Shown here: positions 44,726 through 54,348 of the stretch, piece by piece | Numbering within the stretch: the stretch's first letter is position 1 | Layout: each line of letters starts with the position of its first letter | From: an uncultured Acidobacteriota bacterium | GTDB taxonomy: Bacteria > Acidobacteriota > Polarisedimenticolia > Polarisedimenticolales > DASRJG01 | Assembly (NCBI GenBank): GCA_964383585.1 | Contig: CAYLHQ010000004.1 | Location: 10,939 to 74,938 of the forward strand | Direction of reading: 5' to 3' | Length of the DNA stretch: 64,000 nt | Position numbers and translations under genes: made by a program | Notes under the pieces: generated by a model | Seen by the model: the letters and a program-made list of their open reading frames with translations, nothing else | The model's database searches: none | Told to the model about the DNA's origin: nothing

Positions 44726-45151
44726 ATGAAGCGGACCTGGGCGATGATCCCGGTTTCCCTCCTCCTGCTCGTCACGTCCGCCTGAGGCTCGACGCTCGAG
44801 TTGGGCGATCCGACCTGGCGTGCGGACGGGGAGGGGGGCGACCAGGGAACGCTGGTGATCGACTTCGGCGGCCGCGACGCATTCGGCCCGATGTCGAGCT
44901 TCGACGTCGACATGACCCTCCATGGCCCGGCGTGCGAGTCTCCCGACGGGGTCCAGGGTCGCGGCAGGCAGACGGCGGCGGAGTTGCCCCCGGCGGTCCA
45001 TTTCGCCGTCCAGATCGGAAGCTCGGTCTACCGCTTCGACGGGACCCGGAGCGGTTATGCGATGAGCGGCACCTACGCGCGCGTGAGCGGCCCCTGCATC
45101 CCCTGCGAGTGCGGCCTCGGCGAGAGCGGGACCTGGGAGGCGTCGTCGTGA
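44726..45151 (+). pseudogene. secreted/lipoprotein-like small protein interrupted by in-frame TGA (44783-44785)
   Basis: A strong SD (GGAGGT) precedes ATG 44726. The signal peptide MKRTWAMIPVSLLLLVTSA is followed by TGA, and then the same frame continues GSTLELGDPTWRADGEGG... to 45151. Confidence 0.5.
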
Positions 45152-45768
45152 GACGCGCGAGCCCGCTGGCCGCGGCCACGCTCCTGGTGCCTGCCATGAT
45201 CGGCTCGCCGGTCCCGGCGCAGACCCACGAGGAGAAGACGACGATCGGCGTCGAGGTCGGGAGAATCACGATCGACGCGAGAAGCTTCGACAGCGACGCG
45301 ACTTGATTCAACCTCCGCGTCGGCCGCGAGCTCGGCGGATCACTCGGGGCGGAGTTGAGCCTGTTCGGGGCGAGTGCGGAGGAGGACCCCCTCCCCGGGG
45401 TGACGCGGAGCGTGAGAGAGATCGTCCTCGCCGGGAACGTGCTCTACGGCTTCCGCCCGCGCGAGAGCGTTTCTCCCTACTTCCTGGTCGGGGCGGGGAT
45501 CGGGAGTGTCGAGTTCGAGGCGATCGGCCTTTCCGACAGCGAGTTCGCCCTCGGGATCCACGGCGGGGCCGGATGCCGGTTCCGGTTCGGAGAGAGCCGT
45601 CGCTCCGCGATTCGCGTGGAGCTGTTGCTCGGCGTCATGCAGGGTGTCTCGTGGAGCACGGACACGGACGAGGGGTACGTACGCTCCGCGAGCGTCGGCA
45701 TCGGCTTCGAGCACGTGCTCGGCGAGCCCGGACGGACCCCTACGGCCCCTCCTGGTGGCAGGCGTTGA
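45148..45768 (+). pseudogene. outer-membrane beta-barrel (OMP_b-brl-like) protein interrupted by in-frame TGA (45304-45306)
   Basis: GTGA overlap with the upstream gene. The signal peptide is VRRASPLAAATLLVPAMIGSPVPAQT. The sequence ...SFDSDAT is followed by TGA, then FNLRVGRELGG...YFLVGAGIGSVEFE...ASVGIGFEHV continues in the same frame. Confidence 0.55.
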
Positions 45769-48700
45769 CCGCGCGGACCTCGAAGAAGGTCACCGCAGGC
45801 GTCGTGTTCGCCCCGTCCTCGAGGGTGAACGACGTCTCGGTCGTCGTGGTACCGAGAAGCTCCACGGTGCTCCCGAAGGACGGGTCGGCCGACTGCAGGA
45901 CGTGGTACCCGGCGCCCGCGACCGCGCTCCAGTCGAACGCGAGATCGATCCGGGCTCCGGCGTCGACGCGGTTCACGCGGAGGTCCGGCGCGGCGGTCGG
46001 CTTCGGCTCGCCGCAGGGGCGGGGTTCGCATCCGAACCCGCCGACGATCGTCGCGTGGAGGGTGCGCGGCCGGATGTAGCCGTCGGTCGTGACGCCGGAT
46101 CCGTCGACGTCCTGGACCGAGAGCGTCCACAGGCCGTTCAGCGGCTCCCCGGCGAAGTCGGCCATCGCGCCGGGTCCGTCCGGAACCCGATCGCGGTCGA
46201 AGCGGATCTGGATCCCGTACCCGTTCCCGGCGGTCCGATCGTGCAGGCGGACGCGCGTCCCCGACGGAGACACCAACTCGACGACGAGTTGCGTCGGGGC
46301 CTGGTGGAAGATGTCGAGCGTCACGTCGAGATCGGCGATCGTGCGAGCGTCGGCGACGTTCCAGTAGACCTCCACCGGAGCGGCGGTGAGGTAAGGGATC
46401 GGCACGATCTCGGTTTCGGGGTAGTCCCGGAAGGGCGTACCCATCGGGATGCGGATCTCACTCGAGAGAGGCGCGGAGTTCGCCGCGGTGGCGTCGAGGG
46501 CGAGGACGAGCTCCTCGCCGCAGGCCGCCTCTTCGAGCACCACGACCCGGTGGTGGGGGGGGAGGCTCTCCGCCGTCGTGCCGGGGTCGATCGCGGGCCA
46601 CGAAGCTCCCGGCCGGAGCACGCGGACGTCCCCCGGGGCGACCGCTCGCAGCGTCGCCGCGACCGACAGGGCGGGATCGGCGCCGGCGTTGAAGAGCGAG
46701 ACCGGAAGGTCGAACGTCTCCCCCGGCTCCGGGACGCCGTCCTCGCCGTCCTCGACCCGGTGCGAGGCCATCTGGAGCCGGCTTCCGGGCGGGGCGCCGA
46801 CGCAGTTCGAAACCCTGCTGAAGCAGGCCCGGTTCGCGGCGAAGGCCTCGACCCGGTAGTGGCGAAGGACCTCGGAATCGGCGCTTTCGTCGACGAACGT
46901 CGTCTGTCCCGCGGGAAGCGACGCGATCGGGACTTGCTGCCGGTCGCAGCCGAGTTCCCCTCGGTAGACGCGGGTCTCGGCGGCCCCGGGAACGGCGGTC
47001 CAGGACAGCTCGACCCCGGCGGGCGTCATCGCCCTCGAGAGCACCGGCGTCGGGAGCGACGGGCAAGACGAGGTGCTCTGGTTGGTCGCGTCGGTCACGG
47101 CGCCGCAGGCGATGTCGTGGCGCCGGAAGGCGGCGAAGAGCGCGGCGGCGTGCGGGGTTCCGTTCGCGAGGTTGCCGTCGTCGTCGTCGGCGACGCGCAT
47201 CCTCTGGTACCAGCTCGTCGAACCGCAGGAGTTCGAGAGGGTCGAAAGGCAGGTGTACGCGTCCCCTCCCGATCCCGGCCGGGTCAGGTACCAGAGCCGC
47301 TCGACGAGCTGCCAGGCGCTCGCCGCGTCCATCCCCGTCGCGGGAAGGTCGCGCGTCGCGAGGTCGTACATCGCCTCGCTCGAGACGTACGACTCGCAGT
47401 GGGGCTCGCGGCGGCACGGTCCGGAGAAACTGCTCGTGTCGGTGGGACAGTAGACTCGCACGAAGTTCGAGGGGGTCGCCGGGGTGTTCGACTCTCGCTT
47501 CGTCCAGTCGAACTCGCGAAAGCCGGTGCAGGTGAGGCACGTGTCGCCGTACCCGGTGCAGGTGCTCCCGTCGTTGTACGTCCCCTGGCCCATGCAGGAA
47601 TCGCGCGAGGTGAGAATCGCCACGATGTCCGAGTACGCCTCGGAGGGCCGGTCCCTGCCGCCGCCGTCGTTCTGGTCGTAGCCGTGGCCCCATTCGTGGA
47701 CGAGGATGTCGGCGCTCTCGCCGGTGTTGTTGCAGTTGCCTCCGGCGCCGTACATGTTGATGACCGACCCGCTCCAGTTGGCGTTGCAGCTCGAGGAGAG
47801 GTTGACGTTGACCGTGAGCGGGCTCCGGAGCCAGGCGTTGTCCGTGTGGTAGAAGCGGGCGAGCTCGGCGATCCGGTTGACGTGGTAGAACGAGGTCCTC
47901 GCCGCCGCGGTGTTCCCGTCAGACGCGCCGGGCTGGACCGTGCAGTTCTCGCCGGCCTTCATGCCGAGGTCGGCGCCCGAATCGCACGCTCCGATCTCCG
48001 AGGTCGTTCCGCACGCATCGGCGACGTGCACGTAGGGCCCGCTCAGGTTCGTCTCGAACGTCGCGCCCGGATCGAGACAGGTCAGGTTTCCGTACGCGTC
48101 CGCGTACGTTTCGGCCTGGCCCGATTCGGTCGTGTCGGCGAACGGCATCGGGAAGCCGGCGACCTCGCACCCCCCCTCCGCGCAGTCGCCGTCGGGAGAG
48201 CGCGGGAAGACGCCGCCGCGTACCGCCGCGTTCACGCTTCCCTCGTAGAAGGCGACGATCGAACCGTCGCGCGCGTCGACCTCGCCGACCCAGGAGGTCG
48301 GGGCGCCGCGCTCGTCGAAGCGGAACCGCCAAACGAGGACGTGGCGGATTCCCGCACCGCGCGGGCCGGACCACGCGCGCGACTCCCCGTCGTCCGGCTC
48401 GGCGGCCACCGGGAGGAGGATCAACTCCGGCTCCCCGGCGGGGACGAGGCGGGACGCATCGCCGCCCACGAACGAATCCAGCCGTCGGCGAGCGGAGGCC
48501 GCGTCGAGCGCGGGAGAGCCTCCGACGCGCGGACGGGTCCAGAGGTGGGCGCCCATGAGGACCATCCGCCCCCGCACGACGTGGAAATCGAGCCTCGCGT
48601 TCTTGACGGGGACGGAGTCGACGCGCTGGCGATAGACGAGCTGAACGTGACCCTCCCGCAGTTCGAGGCTCGCCGCGCGGTCGAGTTCCAGAAGATCGGA

Positions 48701-49087
48701 CCACGCGCCGAGCCTCGCGACGTTTTCCGCGAGGAACCTCCGCGCGATCGTGTCGAGATCGTCGAGCGTGGCCTCCGCGGCTCCGCCTTCCGGCACGAAG
48801 GGGATCCCGGGGCCCGAGAGCAGGGTCGGAAGGCCTGTGCGCTCGTCGAGGTACACGGTCCAATCGGATCCGTTCCGGAGGCGAAACTCCTCCCACGCCG
48901 CCCGGAGGCCGTCCGAGGAGGAGAGGCTTTCCAGCGGGATGGGGAGGACCGAGATCGCGGCACCGGCGCGGTGGAGGACCCGGGCGTCGAGGGGGGACGG
49001 GGCGCGCCGCTCGCGGGCGGCGTGGGTCGCCGTGAAAGCGAAAAGGATCGAAAGGACCGTGAGGGCGCTTGGAATCGGGCGGTTCAC
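45740..49087 (-). CDS. secreted zinc metalloprotease (HEXXH) with thermolysin/fungalysin-type propeptide, FN3-like, proprotein-convertase P-domain and C-terminal FN3-like module
   Basis: GTG 49087 overlaps the stop of the S8 gene (GTGA). Signal peptide VNRPIPSALTVLSILFAFTATHAA. Active site ADILVHEWGHGYD. P-domain: IADLDVTLDIFHQAPTQLVVELVSPSGT...LNGLWTLSVQD. Confidence 0.8.
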   Translation of the reverse strand: MNRPIPSALTVLSILFAFTATHAARERRAPSPLDARVLHRAGAAISVLPIPLESLSSSDGLRAAWEEFRLRNGSDWTVYLDERTGLPTLLSGPGIPFVPEGGAAEATLDDLDTIARRFLAENVARLGAWSDLLELDRAASLELREGHVQLVYRQRVDSVPVKNARLDFHVVRGRMVLMGAHLWTRPRVGGSPALDAASARRRLDSFVGGDASRLVPAGEPELILLPVAAEPDDGESRAWSGPRGAGIRHVLVWRFRFDERGAPTSWVGEVDARDGSIVAFYEGSVNAAVRGGVFPRSPDGDCAEGGCEVAGFPMPFADTTESGQAETYADAYGNLTCLDPGATFETNLSGPYVHVADACGTTSEIGACDSGADLGMKAGENCTVQPGASDGNTAAARTSFYHVNRIAELARFYHTDNAWLRSPLTVNVNLSSSCNANWSGSVINMYGAGGNCNNTGESADILVHEWGHGYDQNDGGGRDRPSEAYSDIVAILTSRDSCMGQGTYNDGSTCTGYGDTCLTCTGFREFDWTKRESNTPATPSNFVRVYCPTDTSSFSGPCRREPHCESYVSSEAMYDLATRDLPATGMDAASAWQLVERLWYLTRPGSGGDAYTCLSTLSNSCGSTSWYQRMRVADDDDGNLANGTPHAAALFAAFRRHDIACGAVTDATNQSTSSCPSLPTPVLSRAMTPAGVELSWTAVPGAAETRVYRGELGCDRQQVPIASLPAGQTTFVDESADSEVLRHYRVEAFAANRACFSRVSNCVGAPPGSRLQMASHRVEDGEDGVPEPGETFDLPVSLFNAGADPALSVAATLRAVAPGDVRVLRPGASWPAIDPGTTAESLPPHHRVVVLEEAACGEELVLALDATAANSAPLSSEIRIPMGTPFRDYPETEIVPIPYLTAAPVEVYWNVADARTIADLDVTLDIFHQAPTQLVVELVSPSGTRVRLHDRTAGNGYGIQIRFDRDRVPDGPGAMADFAGEPLNGLWTLSVQDVDGSGVTTDGYIRPRTLHATIVGGFGCEPRPCGEPKPTAAPDLRVNRVDAGARIDLAFDWSAVAGAGYHVLQSADPSFGSTVELLGTTTTETSFTLEDGANTTPAVTFFEVRAVNACHQEGP

Positions 49088-51816
49088 GGCTGCCCTCCCG
49101 AGTTCTCGGCGATCACGCGGTACACGAAGGACTCGGAAGCGAGCGCGGCATCGACGTCGACCCACCGGGTCGACGTCGCGGAGCCGGCCTCGACCCAGGG
49201 GCCCTGCGCCGACGACGCGCGTTCGATCCGGTAGAGCGTCGCCGCGTCGTGGCCCGCGTCGACGGGAGGGGCGTCCCACGTCAGCACCGCATGGACTCCG
49301 TCGAGGGAAACGCGGAGCGTGTTCCCGACCGGGTTGGGCGGCCGCTGAACCGGCGGCAGGTAGTCCTGGCAGTCGACCCATCTCCCGGTGACGTGCACCT
49401 CGTCGATCGCCGCCTCGACGACGCTGTCGGTGCCGCCGTCCGTTGCGGTGAAACGCAACCGCATGTCGTCGCTCGGCGCGATCACGGAAAGGAGATCGAC
49501 GCTGTACGTGCCCCATCCGTTCGTCGGCGTGACGCGCTGCTCGAGGAGCGTCCAGGTCGATCCGCCGTTGTTCGAGATCTCGGCCTTGAGCGAGTCGCTC
49601 GACGCGGAATCGTCGTAGTACCAGCGGTCGAAACGGAGGGACATCCGGTCGATGTGCGGCTCTCCGAACGCGGGGGAGTGGAGGTACGTGGAGCCGCCGT
49701 CGACGTCGTTCTGGTTCGCGCTCCCGCCCCCGCTCCCGGTCACCCAGCAGGCGACGCCGGGGGCCGGGGTCGTGTCGTCCTCGGGGTTGCTCAACCCGCC
49801 GGTGACCGGGACGCCGACCGGGTCCTCGCGAACCCAGGTCCCCTTGCTCGCCGTGCCGGGGTCGGAGGTCCAGCCGGCGACGGTTTCCATGTCCCAGTCG
49901 AGCGCGAGCGGCGTTTCCGTCCCGACGCGCACCCGGAAGGTCGAGCGGCGCACCGAGCCGTCGTAGCGAAACTCGAGGTCGAAGACGGCGATCGCGGCGC
50001 ACGCTCCCGGGTCGACCGAGAGCGAGAAATGCGGGGCGAGGCTCGTCGCGGTGCCCCCCGCGGGGAGGGGCGGAAAGTACCCGACGCGGTCATGGATCGT
50101 GATGCCCGGAGTGGCGGTGGTCAGGATCGCCTGGAGGCCGTCGATCGGGGCGTCGGTCCGGCTCTCGACCGTCACGGAGAGCACGACCTGTTCGCCGGGG
50201 TCGAGCCCTGCGTCGCCGTTCCCGAACGCGGAATCGTCGAAGGCGTGGGCGTGGTACACGACCCCGGACTCCACCGCGAGCACCGCGGGGTGGGCCTGCA
50301 GGAACCCCGCTCCGTAGACGTTGTCCTTGCCGGGGTCTCCGCGAGGTTCGGCCGTCGTCATCAGCGCCTGCGCCAGCTCCTCGGGCGTCGCGTCGGGGTT
50401 GGCCTGCAGCATCAGGGCGATCGTCCCCGAGACGTGGGGCGCGGCCGAGGACGTGCCGCTGAAGCTGCAGTAGCTCGGTCCGGGGCAGGTCGACGTCGTC
50501 CCGGATCCGTAGGCCGAAAGATCCGGCTTGATCAGCCCCAGCTGCGCGCCGTTCTCGTACGGGTAATCGAGGTACTCCGGGGGGTTGACGTGCGGGAAGG
50601 TCGGGTCGGTGTTCGCCTGGATGTCCTCCCAGGCGGAGGGACCACGCGACGAGGACGACGCGATGACGCCGGTGCCGAGGTGGATGTCTCCCACCGCCAG
50701 GATCGACGACGTGCCCCCGACGAGGGTCTGGTCCGGGTGAAGCCACGGAGGGGGACCGTTGGCCGGGGCGGAGACGTTGTAGGGAATCGGGTAGGTTTCC
50801 AGACTTCCGCCGTGGTTTCCGGCGGAGTTGACGTGGACGATTCCGGCCGCGAGTTCGACGTCGGTCTGGCGCCGGAATGCCTCGTAGTCGGGCCGGTCGG
50901 TCCACCACCAACTGTAGGACTGCGAGAGGACGTGGGCGCCGTGGGCGATCGCGTAGTCGCTCGCCTGCCACGCCCGCGACGGCGTGTCGCAGTCGATTCC
51001 GAGAACCATGATCTCCGCATCGGGGGCCATGCCGGTGACCCGCCCGTTCGTTCCGTCCCCCGCGACCTGTCCCGACACCTCGGTGCCGTGCGTCTGGACG
51101 ACCGGCGGGGTGCCGAGGCAGAAGTCCCATCCCCAGGTATCGTCCACGAATCCGTTCCCGTCGTCGTCGAGGCCGTTTCCGGGGACCTCGCCGAGGTTGG
51201 TCCAAATGTGGTCGGCCAGGTCGGGGTGCGTTCGATCCACCCCGTCGTCGACGACCGCGACGATGACCCCGACTCCCGTGTAACCGAGTTCGTCCCAGAC
51301 CCGCTTCGCGCCGTGAGCGATCACGTCCGGGTTCACCGTGGCGTCGGGGTTCGGACCCGAGGTGTCGCCCCCGGTCGGTCCGGTGTCCTTGCCGTCGGCG
51401 TGCGCCGTCGCGCGGTCGTACAGAACCCAACGGACCTCCGGAATCGCGGCGAGACGGGCGATCAGGTCCGGCGTCGCCTCGAGCGCGAGACCGTTGATCC
51501 CCCAGAGCACCCGGATGTCGTTCGCGGCCGCGGGTTCGGCGTGGATCTTCTCCCGCACCGCGCGCTGGCTCCGATCCGCCAGGGCCTTCAGGGTCGAGAC
51601 GACATGCGCCCTCCGGCGATCGCGGGTCATTCCCCGGACCTCGCGCAGGAGTCGCTCGCGGTCGGGGAACTCCTCCATGACCACCACGACCGGAAGGCGC
51701 TCCTCCGGCCCGCCGCCGTCGAGCGCGTCGCGCAGACGGGGGCTCGGGGAGCCCGCGGACGCGGGGATCGACGCGGTCAGGGCCGCAGCGAAAAAGACGA
51801 ACCGAACGACTCGCAA
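49084..51816 (-). CDS. secreted S8 subtilisin-like serine protease (910 aa)
   Basis: TTG start after GGAGGGG, followed by a signal peptide. Triad: D in VAVVDDGVD, H in HGTEVSG, S in SGTSSAAPHVSG. FN3-like C-terminus. Confidence 0.9.
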   Translation of the reverse strand: MRVVRFVFFAAALTASIPASAGSPSPRLRDALDGGGPEERLPVVVVMEEFPDRERLLREVRGMTRDRRRAHVVSTLKALADRSQRAVREKIHAEPAAANDIRVLWGINGLALEATPDLIARLAAIPEVRWVLYDRATAHADGKDTGPTGGDTSGPNPDATVNPDVIAHGAKRVWDELGYTGVGVIVAVVDDGVDRTHPDLADHIWTNLGEVPGNGLDDDGNGFVDDTWGWDFCLGTPPVVQTHGTEVSGQVAGDGTNGRVTGMAPDAEIMVLGIDCDTPSRAWQASDYAIAHGAHVLSQSYSWWWTDRPDYEAFRRQTDVELAAGIVHVNSAGNHGGSLETYPIPYNVSAPANGPPPWLHPDQTLVGGTSSILAVGDIHLGTGVIASSSSRGPSAWEDIQANTDPTFPHVNPPEYLDYPYENGAQLGLIKPDLSAYGSGTTSTCPGPSYCSFSGTSSAAPHVSGTIALMLQANPDATPEELAQALMTTAEPRGDPGKDNVYGAGFLQAHPAVLAVESGVVYHAHAFDDSAFGNGDAGLDPGEQVVLSVTVESRTDAPIDGLQAILTTATPGITIHDRVGYFPPLPAGGTATSLAPHFSLSVDPGACAAIAVFDLEFRYDGSVRRSTFRVRVGTETPLALDWDMETVAGWTSDPGTASKGTWVREDPVGVPVTGGLSNPEDDTTPAPGVACWVTGSGGGSANQNDVDGGSTYLHSPAFGEPHIDRMSLRFDRWYYDDSASSDSLKAEISNNGGSTWTLLEQRVTPTNGWGTYSVDLLSVIAPSDDMRLRFTATDGGTDSVVEAAIDEVHVTGRWVDCQDYLPPVQRPPNPVGNTLRVSLDGVHAVLTWDAPPVDAGHDAATLYRIERASSAQGPWVEAGSATSTRWVDVDAALASESFVYRVIAENSGGQP

Positions 51817-52074
51817 CCGTACCCCTCCCCGATTGAACGGCCAAGGTTATAGAGCGAATCGGCGCGAACGCCCGTCAGGGAATCCCCTACTTTCCGGGGG
51901 TTTCCCGCTGAGGGCGGCGGCCTCGATCTTCGCCCCGGTTTCGTCCGTGGACTTTCCTTCCGGAAGTAAGGAGAACCCCGACCGACGGGACACGCCGTTG
52001 CTCGGATACTCCGGGCTCGTCGCCGCATGTCCTGGCCCGGGATCGGGCTTCGACGGGCGGCGGCAGGAGCACAC

Positions 52075-52518
52075 ATGAGTCGGGCGAGGATGCTCCTTGT
52101 GGCCGTGAACGACGACCTCCTCGATGGGATCGTCGGTTGGGTCGCCGCCGGTGACCGGATCGAGGTCGTCGGCCGGGCGCATTCGGGGTCGTTCGCACTG
52201 GAAAGACTGGACGCGATGGAGGTCGACGTCGTTCTGGTCGACGTCACGCTTCCCGACGTGAGCGGGTTCGAACTCGCGCGCCGGATCAAGTCCCGCCCGA
52301 ATGCTCCGGCGGTGGTCCTCCTGTCGTTCCACGACAGCCAGGTGGCCCGCCACGAGGCGGCGTTTGCCGGGGCGGACGGCTTCGTGTCGATGCCCGAAAC
52401 CGCCGAATGTTTGCTACCGCTGGTCGAGGGTCTCCTCGACGGGCGTGCCGCAGGGGTCCCGAAACACGGTTCCTTTTCTCCAACACGGCGGGTGCATTCC
52501 ACGGAGGTCTCCGAGTGA
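52075..52518 (+). CDS. stand-alone response-regulator receiver domain protein
   Basis: MLLVAVNDD (acidic pocket), VVLVDVTLPDVSG (phospho-acceptor Asp), VVLLSF. The conserved Lys position reads SMP instead of KP. AGGAG lies 6 nt before the ATG. Confidence 0.75.
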   Translation: MSRARMLLVAVNDDLLDGIVGWVAAGDRIEVVGRAHSGSFALERLDAMEVDVVLVDVTLPDVSGFELARRIKSRPNAPAVVLLSFHDSQVARHEAAFAGADGFVSMPETAECLLPLVEGLLDGRAAGVPKHGSFSPTRRVHSTEVSE

Positions 52519-52553
52519 GTCCGAGAAGGTTGCGATCCGCGAAAGGGGGGTCC

Positions 52554-54269
52554 ATGAAGAAGAGTTTCGTTCTGCTGGGACTGGCGGCACTGGCCGTCCT
52601 CCTGGCCACCTCGGCCTCCGCGGACAACCGCGGAGTTTCGTTCACCGGCATCGGGTTCATCGAGAACCCGGGTCCGTTCCCCGCTTCGCAAGTCTGGGCG
52701 ATGAACCCGGACGGAACGGTGTTTCTCGTCTCGCCGTCGTTCCAGGCCGGTTACATCGCCACGTGGACCCGGGAGGGCGGCTGGGGTGAGCTGGTCGGCA
52801 GCGCGAACGCGGGCACGGCCGACATCTCCCCGGGCGGCGTGATCATGGCCAGCGGGATCTATCCCGGCTCGAACCCGCCCTACCTCTGGCCGGGAACCTG
52901 GACCGGCGTGACCGACGTGTGGGACCCGATTTCGGCCGATTCCGGCTACGCCCCCTGCGGCTCCTCCCGCATGTCCCATTACGACATGGGCGGCGAGGGC
53001 GACTTCGGCGTCGGGCTGACCTGGCGAGGATGCTCGTTCGCCCAGGGCTACCTCTGGGACAAGGCCACCAACACGTCGATCGGCCTCGGCAGCCCCAACG
53101 GCAAGAGCACGCGCGCGAACGCCGTGACCGCGGACGGAACCAAGGTGATGGGTTGGGGCACGGCCCTGTTCGGCACGCGGCGCGGTGCCTACTGGCAGAA
53201 CGGAATCTGGACGTTCTACGGCGACCCGGAAGGCCGGGAGCCCAAGATCTGCAGCCAGAGCGGACAGTACTGCACGTTCAACGGGAGCGGGACGAACGGT
53301 TGTCCCGAGTTCGTCGACGACGGGTTCTGCCCGAACGACAGCAAGGGGACCTGCGTTTCCGGCGTCTGCGTCGGCGGGTACGACGCCGGCAACACCTGCA
53401 CCTCGAACAGCCAGTGCGGCGGAACGTGCGTCGGGCCGAACGCCGGCGCTCGTTGCACCTCGAACGGCCAGTGCCCCGACACGCTTGTCTGCATCCCCAA
53501 CCCGGAATGGACCGACGACCTGTTCAAGGGAGAGGTCTACAGCGCGACCGACGACGGCAGGTACGCCACCGGCCGGAACTTCGACTCCGGCGCGAAGTCG
53601 AACAGCGGCTTCCGCGCCAACCCCGACGGCACCTTCACCGAGATTCCCCCGCCCGAGACCTGGCCCTACCTCGTCGACCCGTACGGCGGGATCAGCGCGG
53701 ACGGCAAGGTGATCGGCGGCGTCGCCGGTACCCGTTTGACGGGCACCGCCCCGATCGTGTGGATCGAGGGGGTCGGGACGCTCGACTTCCAGCTCTTCCT
53801 CATCGCCCAGGGTCTCGACGAGCTCTACTTCTGGTACCTCGCCCAGGTCAACGCGGTCAGCGCCGACGGGACCGTCGTCGCCGGCTTCGGATACAACCCC
53901 GACAACCGGATGGAAGGGTTCGTCGTCGACATGAGCAAGCTCTGGGTGTGCCACGCGCCCCCCGGACAGCCGGAGCGCGCGCGCACCCTCGGCGTCAGCC
54001 TCGAGGGCGTCGCCGACCACGTCGCGCACGGTGACTTCCTCGGGACCTGCGAGTTCCTGAACTCGGGCGGGCTGTCGCGGGCCGCCGATCTGCGCAAGGA
54101 GCTCGCGGAGCTCGCGCAGAAGCACGCCGCGGACGATGCCCGACTCGACGGCATCGGCAGGAGGGGCACGGACATCGATCCGTGGACCCCGACGACCACC
54201 ACCACGTCCCGGGAGCGGTCCGGCGCGTCGCAGGAGCGACGGGCGCAGGGAGCGCGCCGGGAGCACTGA
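52554..54269 (+). CDS. secreted repeat protein with central Cys-rich region and C-terminal CH..PG...HxxHGDxxGxC motif
   Basis: Signal peptide MKKSFVLLGLAALAVLLATSASA. HAF-like repeats (STRANAVTADGTKVMGWG...GAYWQNG). Twelve or more Cys in CSQSGQYC...CPDTLVC. The tail is WVCHAPPGQPERARTLGVSLEGVADHVAHGDFLGTCE. Confidence 0.7.
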   Translation: MKKSFVLLGLAALAVLLATSASADNRGVSFTGIGFIENPGPFPASQVWAMNPDGTVFLVSPSFQAGYIATWTREGGWGELVGSANAGTADISPGGVIMASGIYPGSNPPYLWPGTWTGVTDVWDPISADSGYAPCGSSRMSHYDMGGEGDFGVGLTWRGCSFAQGYLWDKATNTSIGLGSPNGKSTRANAVTADGTKVMGWGTALFGTRRGAYWQNGIWTFYGDPEGREPKICSQSGQYCTFNGSGTNGCPEFVDDGFCPNDSKGTCVSGVCVGGYDAGNTCTSNSQCGGTCVGPNAGARCTSNGQCPDTLVCIPNPEWTDDLFKGEVYSATDDGRYATGRNFDSGAKSNSGFRANPDGTFTEIPPPETWPYLVDPYGGISADGKVIGGVAGTRLTGTAPIVWIEGVGTLDFQLFLIAQGLDELYFWYLAQVNAVSADGTVVAGFGYNPDNRMEGFVVDMSKLWVCHAPPGQPERARTLGVSLEGVADHVAHGDFLGTCEFLNSGGLSRAADLRKELAELAQKHAADDARLDGIGRRGTDIDPWTPTTTTTSRERSGASQERRAQGARREH

Positions 54270-54294
54270 GCGGTAGTACAGTCTGACGGATGAC

Positions 54295-54326
54295 GGCGGC
54301 GGCCTCTTCGGGGGCCGCCGCCTTTT
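54295..54326 (+). terminator. rho-independent terminator
   Basis: GGCGGCGGCC tcttcggg GGCCGCCGCC followed by TTTT, 26 nt after the stop at 54269. Confidence 0.7.
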
Positions 54327-54348
54327 GCGCGTTTTCGGGGGAGGGTCG

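Noticed and set aside
45506-51852. Plus-strand ORFs 45506-49234 (1242 aa) and 49069-51852 (927 aa)
   Set aside because: They are antisense shadows of the metalloprotease and S8 genes on the minus strand. Composition is R/G/V/D-rich and no motifs are recognisable.
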